Shown here piece by piece: positions 28,850 through 39,346 of a stretch of 64,000 nt of DNA. The position numbers and the translations under genes are program-made. This stretch comes from an uncultured Nitrospiraceae bacterium (GTDB taxonomy: Bacteria > Nitrospirota > Thermodesulfovibrionia > Thermodesulfovibrionales > UBA6898). The notes under the pieces were generated by a model, which was not told the DNA's origin, searched no databases, and was given only the letters and a program-made list of their open reading frames with translations. How positions within the stretch are numbered: position 1 is the first letter of the stretch; each line of letters starts with the position of its first letter. Where the stretch lies: contig CAWEQH010000010.1 of NCBI GenBank assembly GCA_963811165.1, positions 1,056,001-1,120,000 of the forward strand, in the 5' to 3' direction.

Positions 28850-31192
28850 CTATATGTTTTCGGTCATCTCCCATACGCCGCAGGGGCATATGCCGGCGCA
28901 GAAGCCGCAGCCGATGCACTTGTCGTCGTCGACCACGTACTCGTACGACCCGTCTTTGTGCTCCACCCTGCTTATCGCCCCCCAGTAACAGGTCACCTCG
29001 CACATATGACAGTCCCTGCAGGTAGCGCAGGACATACAGACGCCGGCCTCTTTTTTGGCATCGAAGCCTTCGAACCGGCAGACGTCGTAGTATTCGGTCT
29101 TGATCTTTTCATAGGGGACGACCTGTCTCACCTCGGGCAGGTAATCGTAATGCATAAGCTGGGAATGGATCACGTCGGCAGCGATACGGCCCTGGCCGAT
29201 TGCGTGGGTCACGAGTCCCGGCTTGGTCGCATCCCCTATCGCAAAGACCTTCACGTCGGAGGTCTGGCCGAGCTCGTTCACCTTAAGCCATCCCCTCTCG
29301 GCGATGATATCGGGGGGGAGGAAATCAAGTATCGGCACCTCGCCTACCGACATGACCACAAGGTCCGCGAATAGGGAAGTGCCGTCTTTGAAGTATATCG
29401 TCTTTTCCTTTTTGTCGTATCTTTCGGTCGCCTTCGGCCAAAGGATCTCCGTCCCCTTCTCCTTGGCCATATCCATCTCCTTACCAAAAGCGGCCGGTTT
29501 CTGGATATCGACGGCCGTGACTGAGGTAGCGCCGCAGTTAAACGCCTGTGAGGCCACGTCCATCCCTACGTTCCCCGCACCTATGACTACCACCCGTTTG
29601 TTCTTAAGTGCAATGTTCTTTCCGAAATTTACCCCTTTGAGGAAGTCTATCGCGGCCATCACATCCTCCGACCCCGGGAATTTGATCTCCCTCGGCCTGT
29701 GCGCGCCGCAGGCGACTACTACCACGTCGTGGTTTTTGTATATCCTGTCGAACTCCTTCCGGTTTACCGCTTTGCCCAGATGAGTCTCGACACCGACCTC
29801 TCCAAACCTGGAGAGTTCCTTAAGGAGGATCTTCTGGGGCAGCCTCTCCCTTGGGATACAGAGTTCTATCTTGCCGCCCAGCTTGTCCGCAGACTCGTAG
29901 AGGTCAATGCTATGGCCTTTAAGGCCCAGCTGCCATGCTGCCGACAGCCCGGCGGGTCCGCCGCCGATCACGGCGATCTTGTGCCCGGTTTTCTTGGCGG
30001 GCTTAGGCGCCGGTTGCTTTAATGCAAGGCTCCCCATCTCCTTGATATTAAGGGGCCTGTCCACCCTGCCTCTGCTACAGCTTTGCATGCAGAGGTTCGG
30101 ACAAATCTGTCCGCAGACCGTGGCCGGAAGCGGGCTATATTTAAGTACGAGGTCAATCGCCTCTTTCATCTTCCCCTGACGTATGAGCGTCGCACGCTTA
30201 TGGGAAGGGATACGTGAAGGACAACTGTATGCGCACGGCGGCAGGTATTTTTCATTGTTCCATACCGGCCTGTTCCTGCGGTCCGCACCTGTGGTGATGT
30301 AAGGCAATATCGTAAGATCGTGGGTGATAAATTCGGCGAATATGCCGCCCTCTCCTACTCCCTTCTCCCAGGAATTCTTCCGGAAGTCCGTCGTAGAGAG
30401 TTTCTTCCTCGCACGGGCCGCCTTTTCCGCAGGCGTATAGGCCACAAATTTTTTCCATTCGGACATATCGCGGGTAAGCTCTCCGTAATATGACTCGCGG
30501 TCTATGGCCTTTAGGAACTCCTTCATCCCGCCTGTGAGCCATTCCCAGTCCTGGGGGCTCAAATCGAGGAGTTGCACGTCCCGGTCGCTGTAGCCGCCTA
30601 TCTTCCCCCGGAAGTAGATCGCCCCGCCGACCATGCCGACGCAGGGCCGGTACCCAAGTATGTTTTCCGGGTCCCTCGGGTCAACGCCGCAGACGACAGC
30701 GATGCCTCCTGCCTTGAATTCGGCAAAAGAATCTCCCACGTTCCGGAAGTACCACGACTGGGGGGGATCGAAACGCGGGTTGCGCTTCGTCATCGTGTCG
30801 CACCGTGCGCCGCCGCTTCCCTGCACATAGAGGATCCCCTGTGCGGCAGCATTATGGGCCCCGTTCGTCACATCGCCCAAGACAGTGATCTTGGCACCGC
30901 AGTTGATCCACCCCGTATCGTCGGAGGAGCTTCCTTTCAAAACGATATCCGTGCCGAACATGCCCATGCTGCCCAGGCGCTGTCCAACAGGACCTTCAAC
31001 GGTTATCTTTATGGTTTCGCCCCTCGGCCAGATGCGTCCGCCTATCCCATGCTGGCCTTCAGCCGCCACGCGGACCTCGCGGGCACCGTCTTTGACGGCC
31101 TCCTGGATCTGCTCTTCGAGTATCCTCGAAGGGACGCGATGACCGTCGACGTTCCCGTAAATTACCTTTTTATCTTTTCGCTCCTTGCTCAT
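28850..31192 (-). CDS. glutamate synthase subunit: GXGXG (GltB C-terminal) domain fused to GltD-like FAD/NAD(P) oxidoreductase and ferredoxin
   Basis: GQRLGSMG...GDSFAEF...CVGMVGG; PCAYSCP, VCGQICPNLCMQSC, IGGGPAG, IGAGNVG; C-terminal CxxCxxCxxC motifs. Confidence 0.88.
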   Translation of the reverse strand: MSKERKDKKVIYGNVDGHRVPSRILEEQIQEAVKDGAREVRVAAEGQHGIGGRIWPRGETIKITVEGPVGQRLGSMGMFGTDIVLKGSSSDDTGWINCGAKITVLGDVTNGAHNAAAQGILYVQGSGGARCDTMTKRNPRFDPPQSWYFRNVGDSFAEFKAGGIAVVCGVDPRDPENILGYRPCVGMVGGAIYFRGKIGGYSDRDVQLLDLSPQDWEWLTGGMKEFLKAIDRESYYGELTRDMSEWKKFVAYTPAEKAARARKKLSTTDFRKNSWEKGVGEGGIFAEFITHDLTILPYITTGADRRNRPVWNNEKYLPPCAYSCPSRIPSHKRATLIRQGKMKEAIDLVLKYSPLPATVCGQICPNLCMQSCSRGRVDRPLNIKEMGSLALKQPAPKPAKKTGHKIAVIGGGPAGLSAAWQLGLKGHSIDLYESADKLGGKIELCIPRERLPQKILLKELSRFGEVGVETHLGKAVNRKEFDRIYKNHDVVVVACGAHRPREIKFPGSEDVMAAIDFLKGVNFGKNIALKNKRVVVIGAGNVGMDVASQAFNCGATSVTAVDIQKPAAFGKEMDMAKEKGTEILWPKATERYDKKEKTIYFKDGTSLFADLVVMSVGEVPILDFLPPDIIAERGWLKVNELGQTSDVKVFAIGDATKPGLVTHAIGQGRIAADVIHSQLMHYDYLPEVRQVVPYEKIKTEYYDVCRFEGFDAKKEAGVCMSCATCRDCHMCEVTCYWGAISRVEHKDGSYEYVVDDDKCIGCGFCAGICPCGVWEMTENI

Positions 31193-31213
31193 AGCTCTCT
31201 GCCTGTCTGTTTG

Positions 31214-32872
31214 TTAGCATGCATAGTCTATCTGTAACCTCTCCGCCATCGCCTTATCGTCAATGCTTAAGCCGTCGGACATACCGATGGGCAACTCGGT
31301 GCTTCGACCCATGGGCGCAAAAACTTTCCTTAATTCCACGTCCGCGGTCTTAAAGACGTCCACTACGCGTTCTGCTACCTTGTCGGCATCCAGCCTCCGG
31401 TAAAGTTTGGGGTCCTGGGTAGTTATTCCCCGCGGACACCGGCCGGTATTACAGAGGTTGCACCTGTTAAATTCGTCCCCGAAACACTGGGCCGCGGCCT
31501 GCATGATATATTTGCCGATCGAAACAGCCGATGCCCCAAGCATGATAAGCGCCGCGGCATTCGCAGCGAGGTTCCCTTTCTTGCCCACGCCGCCGGCAGC
31601 GATCAAGGGGAGTTCGTTTTGCTTGCCTTGCTTTACGAGGTCCAAGTAACAGTCCCTGATATTTGAGGCTATCGGATGTCCCATCTTGTCCATCGATACG
31701 TTATATGCAGCTCCGGTACCGCCGTCTTCCCCGTCTATGCTAAGCGCAGCGGCATAGGGGTTTCTGGCCAGGTTGTTAAGGACCGCCCTCGCCGTCTTCG
31801 TCCCTGAGATCTTAGGGTACACAGGCACCCTGAAACCCCAGGCCATCGACATCGACTGGATCATCTTGGCGACCGCCTCTTCGATAGAGTATTTCGTCTG
31901 GTGCGTAGGAGGCGACGCGAGGTCGACCATCATCGGCACACCCCTGATCTGGGCGATAAGCTTTAGTACCTTGTAGGCCATAAGAAGTCCACCATCGCCG
32001 GGCTTTGCGCCCTGTCCGTACTTGATCTCTATGGCACAGGGGTCTTCCACCATATCGGGAAGCGCATGGATGATCTCGTCCCATCCGAAATACCCGGAGG
32101 CGATCTGGAGTATGAAGTATTTGAGGAACTTCGACTTAAGGAGCCTTGGCGGCAACCCGCCCTCCCCCGAGCACATTACCACAGGCATGCCCTCGACTTC
32201 GTTAAGGTACGTGACACCCATCGCCAGGCCCTCCCACATCGGAGGGGAAAGCGCACCCACGGACATGCTGCCGATCATGATCGGGTATATCTCCCGAACC
32301 GGGGGAATGAAAATCCCGTCCCTGTCGATAACGAGTTTTCCGCCTATGTTTTTAAGGGGAAGCTGTTCAGGCGGGAGGTTCCTTCCCAAAAAAGTCCTGA
32401 TCCGAAATTCGTGCCTTCCCGCGTCGAGCGCAGGGTCCGTAAGCATCGATATCCTCGTGAATTTAAGCCTGTCCAAAGTAGAGACGGTCGGATCGTTTCT
32501 CCTGCCGCCCCTTTTATAGGCATCGCCGCCTTTATTTTTGAAATGGAGCAACTTGTTCTGGGGGTTTAGTTCCGGCTCAATCGCCTCGTTGGGGCATACG
32601 AGCGTACAACTCCCGCAACCTGTGCAATACCGGTTGATGTCCTTCACCTGCTCGACCATGTAGGTCACCTTTTTCGAGGCGGACGGCTCAGGCACCGGGC
32701 CTTCGGATGTGACGGACCTGAGGATCTTCACGGTAGGCTCAATCGCCTTGACCGGGCATACCGCCGTGCATCTGCCGCAGCGTTTACACCTGTCGTCGCG
32801 CCATCTGATGATATAGGGAAACTCTCTAAGGGAGAGCTGGTGGTTATGGTCTAATTGTGAAGCTGGTTCCAT
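31214..32872 (-). CDS. glutamate synthase FMN-binding subunit with N-terminal 2x[4Fe-4S]
   Basis: CKRCGRCTAVCP, CTGCGSCTLVCP, MSVGALS, SGEGG, QIASG, EIKYGQGAKPGDGG, CNTGRCPRGITTQ. Confidence 0.92.
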   Translation of the reverse strand: MEPASQLDHNHQLSLREFPYIIRWRDDRCKRCGRCTAVCPVKAIEPTVKILRSVTSEGPVPEPSASKKVTYMVEQVKDINRYCTGCGSCTLVCPNEAIEPELNPQNKLLHFKNKGGDAYKRGGRRNDPTVSTLDRLKFTRISMLTDPALDAGRHEFRIRTFLGRNLPPEQLPLKNIGGKLVIDRDGIFIPPVREIYPIMIGSMSVGALSPPMWEGLAMGVTYLNEVEGMPVVMCSGEGGLPPRLLKSKFLKYFILQIASGYFGWDEIIHALPDMVEDPCAIEIKYGQGAKPGDGGLLMAYKVLKLIAQIRGVPMMVDLASPPTHQTKYSIEEAVAKMIQSMSMAWGFRVPVYPKISGTKTARAVLNNLARNPYAAALSIDGEDGGTGAAYNVSMDKMGHPIASNIRDCYLDLVKQGKQNELPLIAAGGVGKKGNLAANAAALIMLGASAVSIGKYIMQAAAQCFGDEFNRCNLCNTGRCPRGITTQDPKLYRRLDADKVAERVVDVFKTADVELRKVFAPMGRSTELPIGMSDGLSIDDKAMAERLQIDYAC

Positions 32873-33960
32873 ACCTTTACCTCCTGCGCACCCGGGGAAA
32901 TGATTACCATATCGTACTTCATCGGGAAGATGTCCTTCGACCGGTCTCTTTGGGGAACGGCCCTGTCCACCCCGCATTCTTCGGACATAAGGGCATACTT
33001 TCCTTTTACTCCGCCCACCATGCCGGGCCGCAATTTCTTCGAATCCTGGACCATCAGGCAGGTGCCGTCGGGAGTAAAGCCGATGACACAGTTGGGGCCG
33101 TCTATGCAGAGCATCCTGAGGGACTTCCTGAGAAGGTCGAGCACCTCACGGTCGGGCCGCTTTGCAATCTCAGACGCATTAAGCGGGGTGATCACATGTT
33201 TATAATACTCTAGCGGATAGCCGAGCTCTCTGGTGAGAAAATGAAGAATATGGGTAAATACCTCGCTGTCGCTGTTATACCCCACATACCCCGGGAAGCC
33301 CCTGGACATGAGGTATTCCCGGATGGGCACGAAAGCGGTATTCTCCCCGTTCGTCATCGTAGAAAAGCCCTGGATAAAGAAGGGGTGACAGGCGTAGAGA
33401 TTAATCGCATAGTTGGTGTTTTGGCGGCCCTGGGCAAGGATTATCTTCGCCTTGATCGACGAACGGTCGAGGCCGAAAAATTCGGACACCTCAAGGGGGT
33501 CGCCGACCTCTTTTAAGACCATGATGTCGGGATAAAACGCAAAGACGATGATCGATTCATCCGCCTGCCCCATCTTACGGAGAGTCAGGCGCGTCCTAAG
33601 GAGGAGGTCTTCTTTCTCACGGAGGGTCTTGTCCCGATAGGAAGCAGGGTATTCGTAAGCACGGGCGAAGTAGTGGTCCCTTCTTTGGACTCCCTTTACC
33701 TCTCTTATATCCGGTGTCCAGGAATGCTTCACCTCGAACCCCTGTTTTTCCATATATTCATCGAGTATGACGAGCCCCGGGCCGGAGCATATCGCCGAAA
33801 GGACCGGATACCCCTTGAGTCTCTCGAACTCACCGCCAAGGTCCTTCATCATGATACCCAGGCCTGAGCCGTCATGCCCCTCTTTCATCGTCTCAAGGGC
33901 GAGCACGGACTCCATCGGAGAAATATATTCAGCAGACGTTATTGCAGCTAACCGGCACAT
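32851..33960 (-). CDS. class-II glutamine amidotransferase subunit of glutamate synthase
   Basis: N-terminal MC (Ntn nucleophile), QGRQNTN, CHPF, NGE, SDSE, KLRP. Confidence 0.88.
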   Translation of the reverse strand: MCRLAAITSAEYISPMESVLALETMKEGHDGSGLGIMMKDLGGEFERLKGYPVLSAICSGPGLVILDEYMEKQGFEVKHSWTPDIREVKGVQRRDHYFARAYEYPASYRDKTLREKEDLLLRTRLTLRKMGQADESIIVFAFYPDIMVLKEVGDPLEVSEFFGLDRSSIKAKIILAQGRQNTNYAINLYACHPFFIQGFSTMTNGENTAFVPIREYLMSRGFPGYVGYNSDSEVFTHILHFLTRELGYPLEYYKHVITPLNASEIAKRPDREVLDLLRKSLRMLCIDGPNCVIGFTPDGTCLMVQDSKKLRPGMVGGVKGKYALMSEECGVDRAVPQRDRSKDIFPMKYDMVIISPGAQEVKVWNQLHN

Positions 33961-34004
33961 CCTGACCTCATCATTAAATATTTTCCGTTGCGTATTTCAG
34001 CGCT

Positions 34005-34053
34005 AAAAAAACGCCTAGCAGCCAGGACAGCTGTTTTAGGCGTCTTAGGCGTT
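34005..34053 (-). promoter_or_regulatory. leader terminator/attenuator upstream of the glutamate synthase operon
   Basis: Minus strand: AACGCCTA and GACGCCTA both complementary to TAGGCGTT, followed by a T-run, between promoter and start codon. Confidence 0.55.
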
Positions 34054-34080
34054 CCTAAATATACGTCAATCGGCTGGTTT

Positions 34081-34110
34081 ATAATAAAATTTATTTCCCG
34101 CCGATGTCAA
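34081..34110 (-). promoter_or_regulatory. putative sigma70 promoter of the glutamate synthase operon
   Basis: TTGACA-N18-TATTAT on the minus strand. Confidence 0.5.
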
Positions 34111-34244
34111 TTCGACAACTGCTCCGAAAAAGAAAGTCGGGCACCCACTCTCTGATGACATCGATGAACTCGCCCTGCTCTCTGCTTGCTTTTTGGCCGG
34201 TTTTTCACTTATTCTAAATCATCAACTTAAAATGGAGGTATATC

Positions 34245-34577
34245 GTGTTAAAAGTATCCGATACAGCCGCTGAGAAAGCGAAAGAGATTTTGAAGGCTGA
34301 GGGCAAGGAAGGCTGGGGTCTGAGGATTTTTGTCCACGGCTCCGGCTGCTGCGGTCCGAGCTACGGCATGGACATAGATGAAAAGGCTTCTGACGGAGAT
34401 GAGACCGTCGAGAAAAACGGACTTAAGGTATTTATCGACAAAGAAGCGTCTGCCAGCCTGGGAGAAAAAGAGATCGACTATGTCAAGACGGAACAGGGCG
34501 AGGGGTTCGTCATAAACGGCGGAGAAGCGCCTTCCTGCAGCTCCGGCTGCAGTTCCGGCTGCAGTTCCTGCGGATAA
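34245..34577 (+). CDS. IscA/HesB-family Fe-S cluster assembly accessory protein
   Basis: GLRIFV.GSGCCGPSYG, IDYV...GF, Cys-rich tail. Confidence 0.88.
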   Translation: MLKVSDTAAEKAKEILKAEGKEGWGLRIFVHGSGCCGPSYGMDIDEKASDGDETVEKNGLKVFIDKEASASLGEKEIDYVKTEQGEGFVINGGEAPSCSSGCSSGCSSCG

Positions 34578-34589
34578 TCCCACCCTGAA

Positions 34590-35561
34590 ATGTTTCCCTA
34601 TCTGAGACCCAGGAGACTGAGGAAGAACGAGGCCATCAGGAGGATGGTGAGGGAGACCTCGCTGTCCCCTGATGATCTTATCTACCCCCTGTTTGTGACC
34701 TTCGGGAAAAACGTCCGCAAAGAAATAAAATCAATGCCCGGATGTTTCCAGGAGTCGGTCGACATGATCGTCAGGCATGCAAAAGAGGTCTATTCATTAG
34801 GCATACCGGCGGTACTGCTCTTTGGTATCCCGGAGCACAAGGACGAGATCGGCTCAGGGGCGTATGACCCAAAGGGGGTCGTACAGAAGGCCATTACCGC
34901 GATCAAGAATAAGGTCCCGGGACTCTATGTGGTCACGGATGTCTGCATGTGCGAATACACAAGCCACGGCCACTGCGGCATTATTGAAGGCGGCGAGGTG
35001 AGAAATGATCCCACGCTGGAGCTTCTTGCGAAAGAGGCCGTGTCTCATGCAAAGGCGGGTGCGGACATGGTTGCTCCTTCCGACATGATGGACGGAAGGG
35101 TCGGGGCGATACGGGCGGCCCTCGATGAAGAGGGGTTTTCGGAGACTCCGATCATGAGCTATGCAGCGAAATACGCATCGTCCTTTTACGGGCCGTTCCG
35201 AGAGGCGGGCGAATGTGCGCCACAGTTCGGCGACAGAAGTTCCTACCAGATGGACCCGTCTAACAGACGCGAGGCGCTCAAGGAGGTTGCTCTCGATGTC
35301 GAAGAGGGCGCCGATATCGTGATGGTAAAGCCGGCGATGACCTACCTCGATATCATCTCCGACGTAAGGGCGAGCTTCGACCTTCCGGTAGCGGCATACA
35401 ATGTAAGCGGCGAATATGCCGTCATCAAGGCGGCGGCGAAGCTTGGCTGGATCGATGAAAAGCGGGCCATGATGGAAGTACTGACATCGATTAAACGGGC
35501 CGGCGCCGACCTGATACTCACCTACTTCGCAAAAGAAGCGGCGAAGGTCCTCCACAAGTAA
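34590..35561 (+). CDS. hemB: porphobilinogen synthase
   Basis: [43 protein letters not shown]. Confidence 0.97.
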   Translation: MFPYLRPRRLRKNEAIRRMVRETSLSPDDLIYPLFVTFGKNVRKEIKSMPGCFQESVDMIVRHAKEVYSLGIPAVLLFGIPEHKDEIGSGAYDPKGVVQKAITAIKNKVPGLYVVTDVCMCEYTSHGHCGIIEGGEVRNDPTLELLAKEAVSHAKAGADMVAPSDMMDGRVGAIRAALDEEGFSETPIMSYAAKYASSFYGPFREAGECAPQFGDRSSYQMDPSNRREALKEVALDVEEGADIVMVKPAMTYLDIISDVRASFDLPVAAYNVSGEYAVIKAAAKLGWIDEKRAMMEVLTSIKRAGADLILTYFAKEAAKVLHK

Positions 35562-35619
35562 TCCCCCTTCCCTTTTTCCCTATACTAGCCAATCGCGTAA
35601 TTTCCGCTATACTGGAAAA

Positions 35620-36195
35620 ATGGACGATATCCAGAAGATGCGCGCATGCGTGATGGTCTTTTTTTTGATCTTCCTCTTTCCCCTTTCGTCGCGGGGGGCA
35701 GAGAAGAATAACTACATCGTCCTTAGGGGCGGGACTTACACCTTTATGGACTCCCTCAAAGACGCAAATCTGGCGACCGGGTTCGACGGGGAGTTGGCTT
35801 ACGGTCGATACATCCTGCCCAATCTTATCCTGGAGGGCGCAGCAGGCTATTTCCACGACGGCGTCAACAAAGGATATGGGAATGATGTGAAGGGGATACC
35901 GGTGACGCTGACGGCAAAAGGGATATACCCCGTCAGAAGGTTCGATCTCTTTGCGGGGGCCGGTGTCGGCGTCTATTTCGCTAAATTACACGCAAAGCTC
36001 GGCGAGACCGTCGCTAACGCAAACAAAACAATCCCGGGGGGCCATGCGGTGATCGGTTCTTATTATAATTTCACTTCTTCTTTGTTTGCGGGAGTGGAAG
36101 GGAAATACATCTTCACGGAAAAGGCGGATTTCGGCACATTGCGCAGCAGCCTCAACGGTTTTACCGCGGCAGCCAGTTTAGGCTACAGGTTTTAA
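35620..36195 (+). CDS. outer-membrane 8-stranded beta-barrel protein
   Basis: Signal peptide, alternating beta strands, ends LGYRF. Confidence 0.8.
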   Translation: MDDIQKMRACVMVFFLIFLFPLSSRGAEKNNYIVLRGGTYTFMDSLKDANLATGFDGELAYGRYILPNLILEGAAGYFHDGVNKGYGNDVKGIPVTLTAKGIYPVRRFDLFAGAGVGVYFAKLHAKLGETVANANKTIPGGHAVIGSYYNFTSSLFAGVEGKYIFTEKADFGTLRSSLNGFTAAASLGYRF

Positions 36196-36224
36196 TTAAA
36201 GATCGTAGTCACACAGGGGGATCT

Positions 36225-36400
36225 GCTTGCGCTGCTTTAGACGGGGGAGTAATCTTCCTGTACTCCTCAAGGACGTGCCTCAGAAACCAGTCCCTGAGAA
36301 ACCCCACGGCATTTTCCAAAGACTCTCTTTTGCCCTGAAGGTGCTCTGACTCTAAATCCGAAACGAGATGCGGCCGCGTAGGTCATAAAGTTCCGTGGGG
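36225..36400 (-). pseudogene. bacteriohemerythrin C-terminal relic
   Basis: Minus strand encodes GFLRDWFLRHVLEEYRK, resembling the hemerythrin W..HI..D.K motif, with frameshifts around it. Confidence 0.4.
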
Positions 36401-36456
36401 ATCAATGGCCGGATCGGATAAGCCGCGTGTCCACATTGGATGAGTTATAATAAAAA

Positions 36457-36714
36457 ATGGGAGAGGAACTCCTCAAAGAGGAGGAAAAGAAGATGAGGCG
36501 GCTTAGGTTCATCGTCGACTTGGCCGAGGCGGTCTTGATGCAGTCCGACCTCACGCTTCAGGAGTCTCTGGAGCTAATCGAAAATACAAAGAAGGCTGCG
36601 CTCAGCCTATTCCCGGACAAGGAATTCGTCTATGACCTGGTGTATACCCCGAGATTCCTCAGGATCCTAAACGCCAGATTCACCATCCCCGGCAGCCTAT
36701 CGGGGAGAAACTAA
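36457..36714 (+). CDS. conserved hypothetical helical protein
   Basis: Clean 85-aa ORF with protein-like composition (RRLRFIVDL...LFPDKE.VYDLVY.PRF.RI). Confidence 0.7.
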   Translation: MGEELLKEEEKKMRRLRFIVDLAEAVLMQSDLTLQESLELIENTKKAALSLFPDKEFVYDLVYTPRFLRILNARFTIPGSLSGRN

Positions 36715-36834
36715 GCATCACGATCTCTTTTAGCCGCGGTCTTGTCTGATCGGGAAAGGTTGTGCCCCCGGGTCAACGGTGGTAGATTTAAATCAAGACT
36801 TGCCCGACTACTTTTTTGGTATTGGAGTGCGCAA

Positions 36835-37884
36835 ATGTCCAAGATTCAGTTTGAGAGCACCGACTCACCATTAACGATTCTGGAACCTTCGAAAGGGTTC
36901 GCCGAAGGTCTGCATACCGTAGTGGTCCGGAGGGACCCTCTCCTTGGCGATACGAGTGTTTACAACCCTTTTCTTAAGGACAAGGCCAAACTTTTTTTCG
37001 GTGAAAACGATCCCGATCTCCTCCGGCAGTTGATCGAGAGCAGCAGGAAAGCCTGCTTTTTCTGCGGGGAAAGCGTAGCAAATAGTACGCCCAAATACCC
37101 TTCGGCCCTTGTCCCGGAAGGACGGATACGGTCAGGCGAGGCGATCCTCTTCCCGAATCTCTTCTCCATAGCCAAATATCATGCTATTACCGCTTTGAGC
37201 AGGGCACATTTCCTCGCACTTTCGGAGTTCACGCCGGCCGTCGTTGCGGACGGTCTGTCTGTCAATCAGGAATTTCTTAACGCGGTATACCGGTACGATA
37301 CCTCTGTGCCGTTTACCATTGTCTGCGCCAATTACCTCTTTCCTGCCGGAGCCAGCCTGGTCCATCCCCACATGCAGACGCTCGTCTCTCCCCTCCCATA
37401 TTCTTATCATAACCGGCTGGTAACTGCGTGCAGGGTCTACTATCGGGAAGAGGGCTCCGCATACCATACGGACCTGATCGCAGCTGAAAAAGAGATCGGT
37501 CTCAGATATATAGCGCAGATGGGACGATGGCACTGGATTACCTCATTCTCTCCCATGGGGAGCAATGAAGTGCTGGCCGTTCATGAGCAGGAAAGCGATT
37601 TCGCACGACTCACAAAAGAAGATATCAAAGATCTCAGCTGCGGCATTTCGAATATCCTGGCCTTTTACGAGAGTCTCGGCCATCTGAGCTTCAACTATGC
37701 GCTCTATTCGGTGAAAGAGTCGGCCGGGAAAGAAGGCCTTCGATGTCTTATAAAGATGATAACCAGGCAGAACCTTTATACGAATTACCGTAACGACGAT
37801 TACTTCCTGCAAAAACTTCTTCATTCGGAACTTATCATCACCCTGCCGGAAGAATTAACGCTCAAAATAAAGGAATTTTTTTAA
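36835..37884 (+). CDS. galactose-1-phosphate uridylyltransferase-like HIT nucleotidyltransferase
   Basis: RRDPLLG, CFFC, FPNLF, GASLVHPHMQ. Confidence 0.8.
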   Translation: MSKIQFESTDSPLTILEPSKGFAEGLHTVVVRRDPLLGDTSVYNPFLKDKAKLFFGENDPDLLRQLIESSRKACFFCGESVANSTPKYPSALVPEGRIRSGEAILFPNLFSIAKYHAITALSRAHFLALSEFTPAVVADGLSVNQEFLNAVYRYDTSVPFTIVCANYLFPAGASLVHPHMQTLVSPLPYSYHNRLVTACRVYYREEGSAYHTDLIAAEKEIGLRYIAQMGRWHWITSFSPMGSNEVLAVHEQESDFARLTKEDIKDLSCGISNILAFYESLGHLSFNYALYSVKESAGKEGLRCLIKMITRQNLYTNYRNDDYFLQKLLHSELIITLPEELTLKIKEFF

Positions 37885-38005
37885 GACTCCCTGTCCGGAA
37901 TTCCCTTATCTTACCCCTTCCAAGCCACAGAAAACGGTTGCCAGCTTCCATGAGGGGGTGTAAGATGATATATATTTATCTCTGAGCGTATCTTCCGGAG
38001 GAATT

Positions 38006-39346
38006 ATGATCGCACTTAATTTCGCAAACATGATGAGAAAGGTGATAGGCGCCAACGGCCTGGACGAAAAAGTCGTCGACGATCTCAGAGACAGAGTGCG
38101 CGAGGAACATAGGGAGATCGCAGGCAGGAAATGGAAGGAACTTGAATTTATGGACCTTCCCGACCGGGATACCTCAGAGATTAAAAGGATCGCCGCCGAA
38201 GTCAGGCAGGATTCCGATACGTTCCTCATCCTTGGAATCGGGGGTTCGGCGCTCGGGCCGAGGGCGGTGATTGAAGGGCTGCGTCCGTTTCATATCCTAA
38301 GGGAAAAGCCGAGGGTATTCATCTACGACAACGTGGACCCGCGCACGCTCACACACATACTCTCTCTGGTGGATCTCAAAAAAACAACGATCAATGTCAT
38401 CTCGAAATCAGGCAGTACCGCCGAGACCGCGGCCTCCTTCATGATCCTATGGGACGAGATGAAAAAGGCAGCCGGCAACGATGCGGCAAAGAGGTTTATC
38501 GCAACGACCGACCCTGCCTCGGGGAACCTCAGGAAGATAGCATCCGATCACGGGATGAGGACTCTGCCGATAGAAAAAGGCATCGGCGGAAGGTATTCGG
38601 TACTGAGCCCGGTCGGGTTGCTTCCCGCCGAGGTCGTGGGAATTGATTCCCGGGAATTGCTCAAGGGAGCGGCTGATCTGCGCCAGAGGTGCTCCTCCGA
38701 TGAGATACGGCAAAACCCGGCATATATGTTCGGTGCGCTCCTCTATCTCATGAATACAAACGCCAGAAGAAACATAAATGCGCTGATCCCTTATGCAGAC
38801 AGTCTCAAGTTCCTCTCCGAATGGTTCTGCCAGCTCTGGGCCGAAAGCCTCGGCAAGGAGGAAAGAGGGATGACGCCATATCCCTCGGTCGGTACTACTG
38901 ACCAGCACTCCCAGCTCCAGCTCTGGATGGAAGGGCCTGAAGACAAGGTCGTCACCTTCATACGGGTCGATGATTACGGTGTCGATTTTACGGTCCCCCG
39001 GGTATTCGAAGAGATCGAGGGAACAAGCTATCTTTCCGGCCACACCCTCTCTGAACTGATCAAGGCGGAGGAGGAATCCTCTGAACTCGCCCTCGCAAAA
39101 AGGGGACACCCGAATATGACCATCACCATCCCGGCCATAGACGCGTACCATCTCGGACAGCTCTTCATGTTCTTCGAGATCGCTACCGCCATCACGGGAC
39201 TTCTGCTGGGGATAAATCCCTTTAACCAGCCGGGCGTCGAAGAAGGCAAGAGTTACACCTACGGCATGATGGGCAAAAAGGGGTTCGAGCCGAAGAAGGC
39301 CGAAGTGGAAAAGGCAAGGGAAGACAAGTCCCGCTGGCAGATGTGA
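38006..39346 (+). CDS. pgi: glucose-6-phosphate isomerase
   Basis: GIGGSALG, SKSGSTAE, GGRYS, QLWAESLGK, DQHSQLQ, NPFNQPGVE. Confidence 0.96.
   Translation: MIALNFANMMRKVIGANGLDEKVVDDLRDRVREEHREIAGRKWKELEFMDLPDRDTSEIKRIAAEVRQDSDTFLILGIGGSALGPRAVIEGLRPFHILREKPRVFIYDNVDPRTLTHILSLVDLKKTTINVISKSGSTAETAASFMILWDEMKKAAGNDAAKRFIATTDPASGNLRKIASDHGMRTLPIEKGIGGRYSVLSPVGLLPAEVVGIDSRELLKGAADLRQRCSSDEIRQNPAYMFGALLYLMNTNARRNINALIPYADSLKFLSEWFCQLWAESLGKEERGMTPYPSVGTTDQHSQLQLWMEGPEDKVVTFIRVDDYGVDFTVPRVFEEIEGTSYLSGHTLSELIKAEEESSELALAKRGHPNMTITIPAIDAYHLGQLFMFFEIATAITGLLLGINPFNQPGVEEGKSYTYGMMGKKGFEPKKAEVEKAREDKSRWQM

Noticed and set aside
34533..34573. 12-bp repeats encoding CSSG at the HesB/IscA C-terminus
   Set aside because: An ordinary low-complexity Cys-rich tail common in this family.
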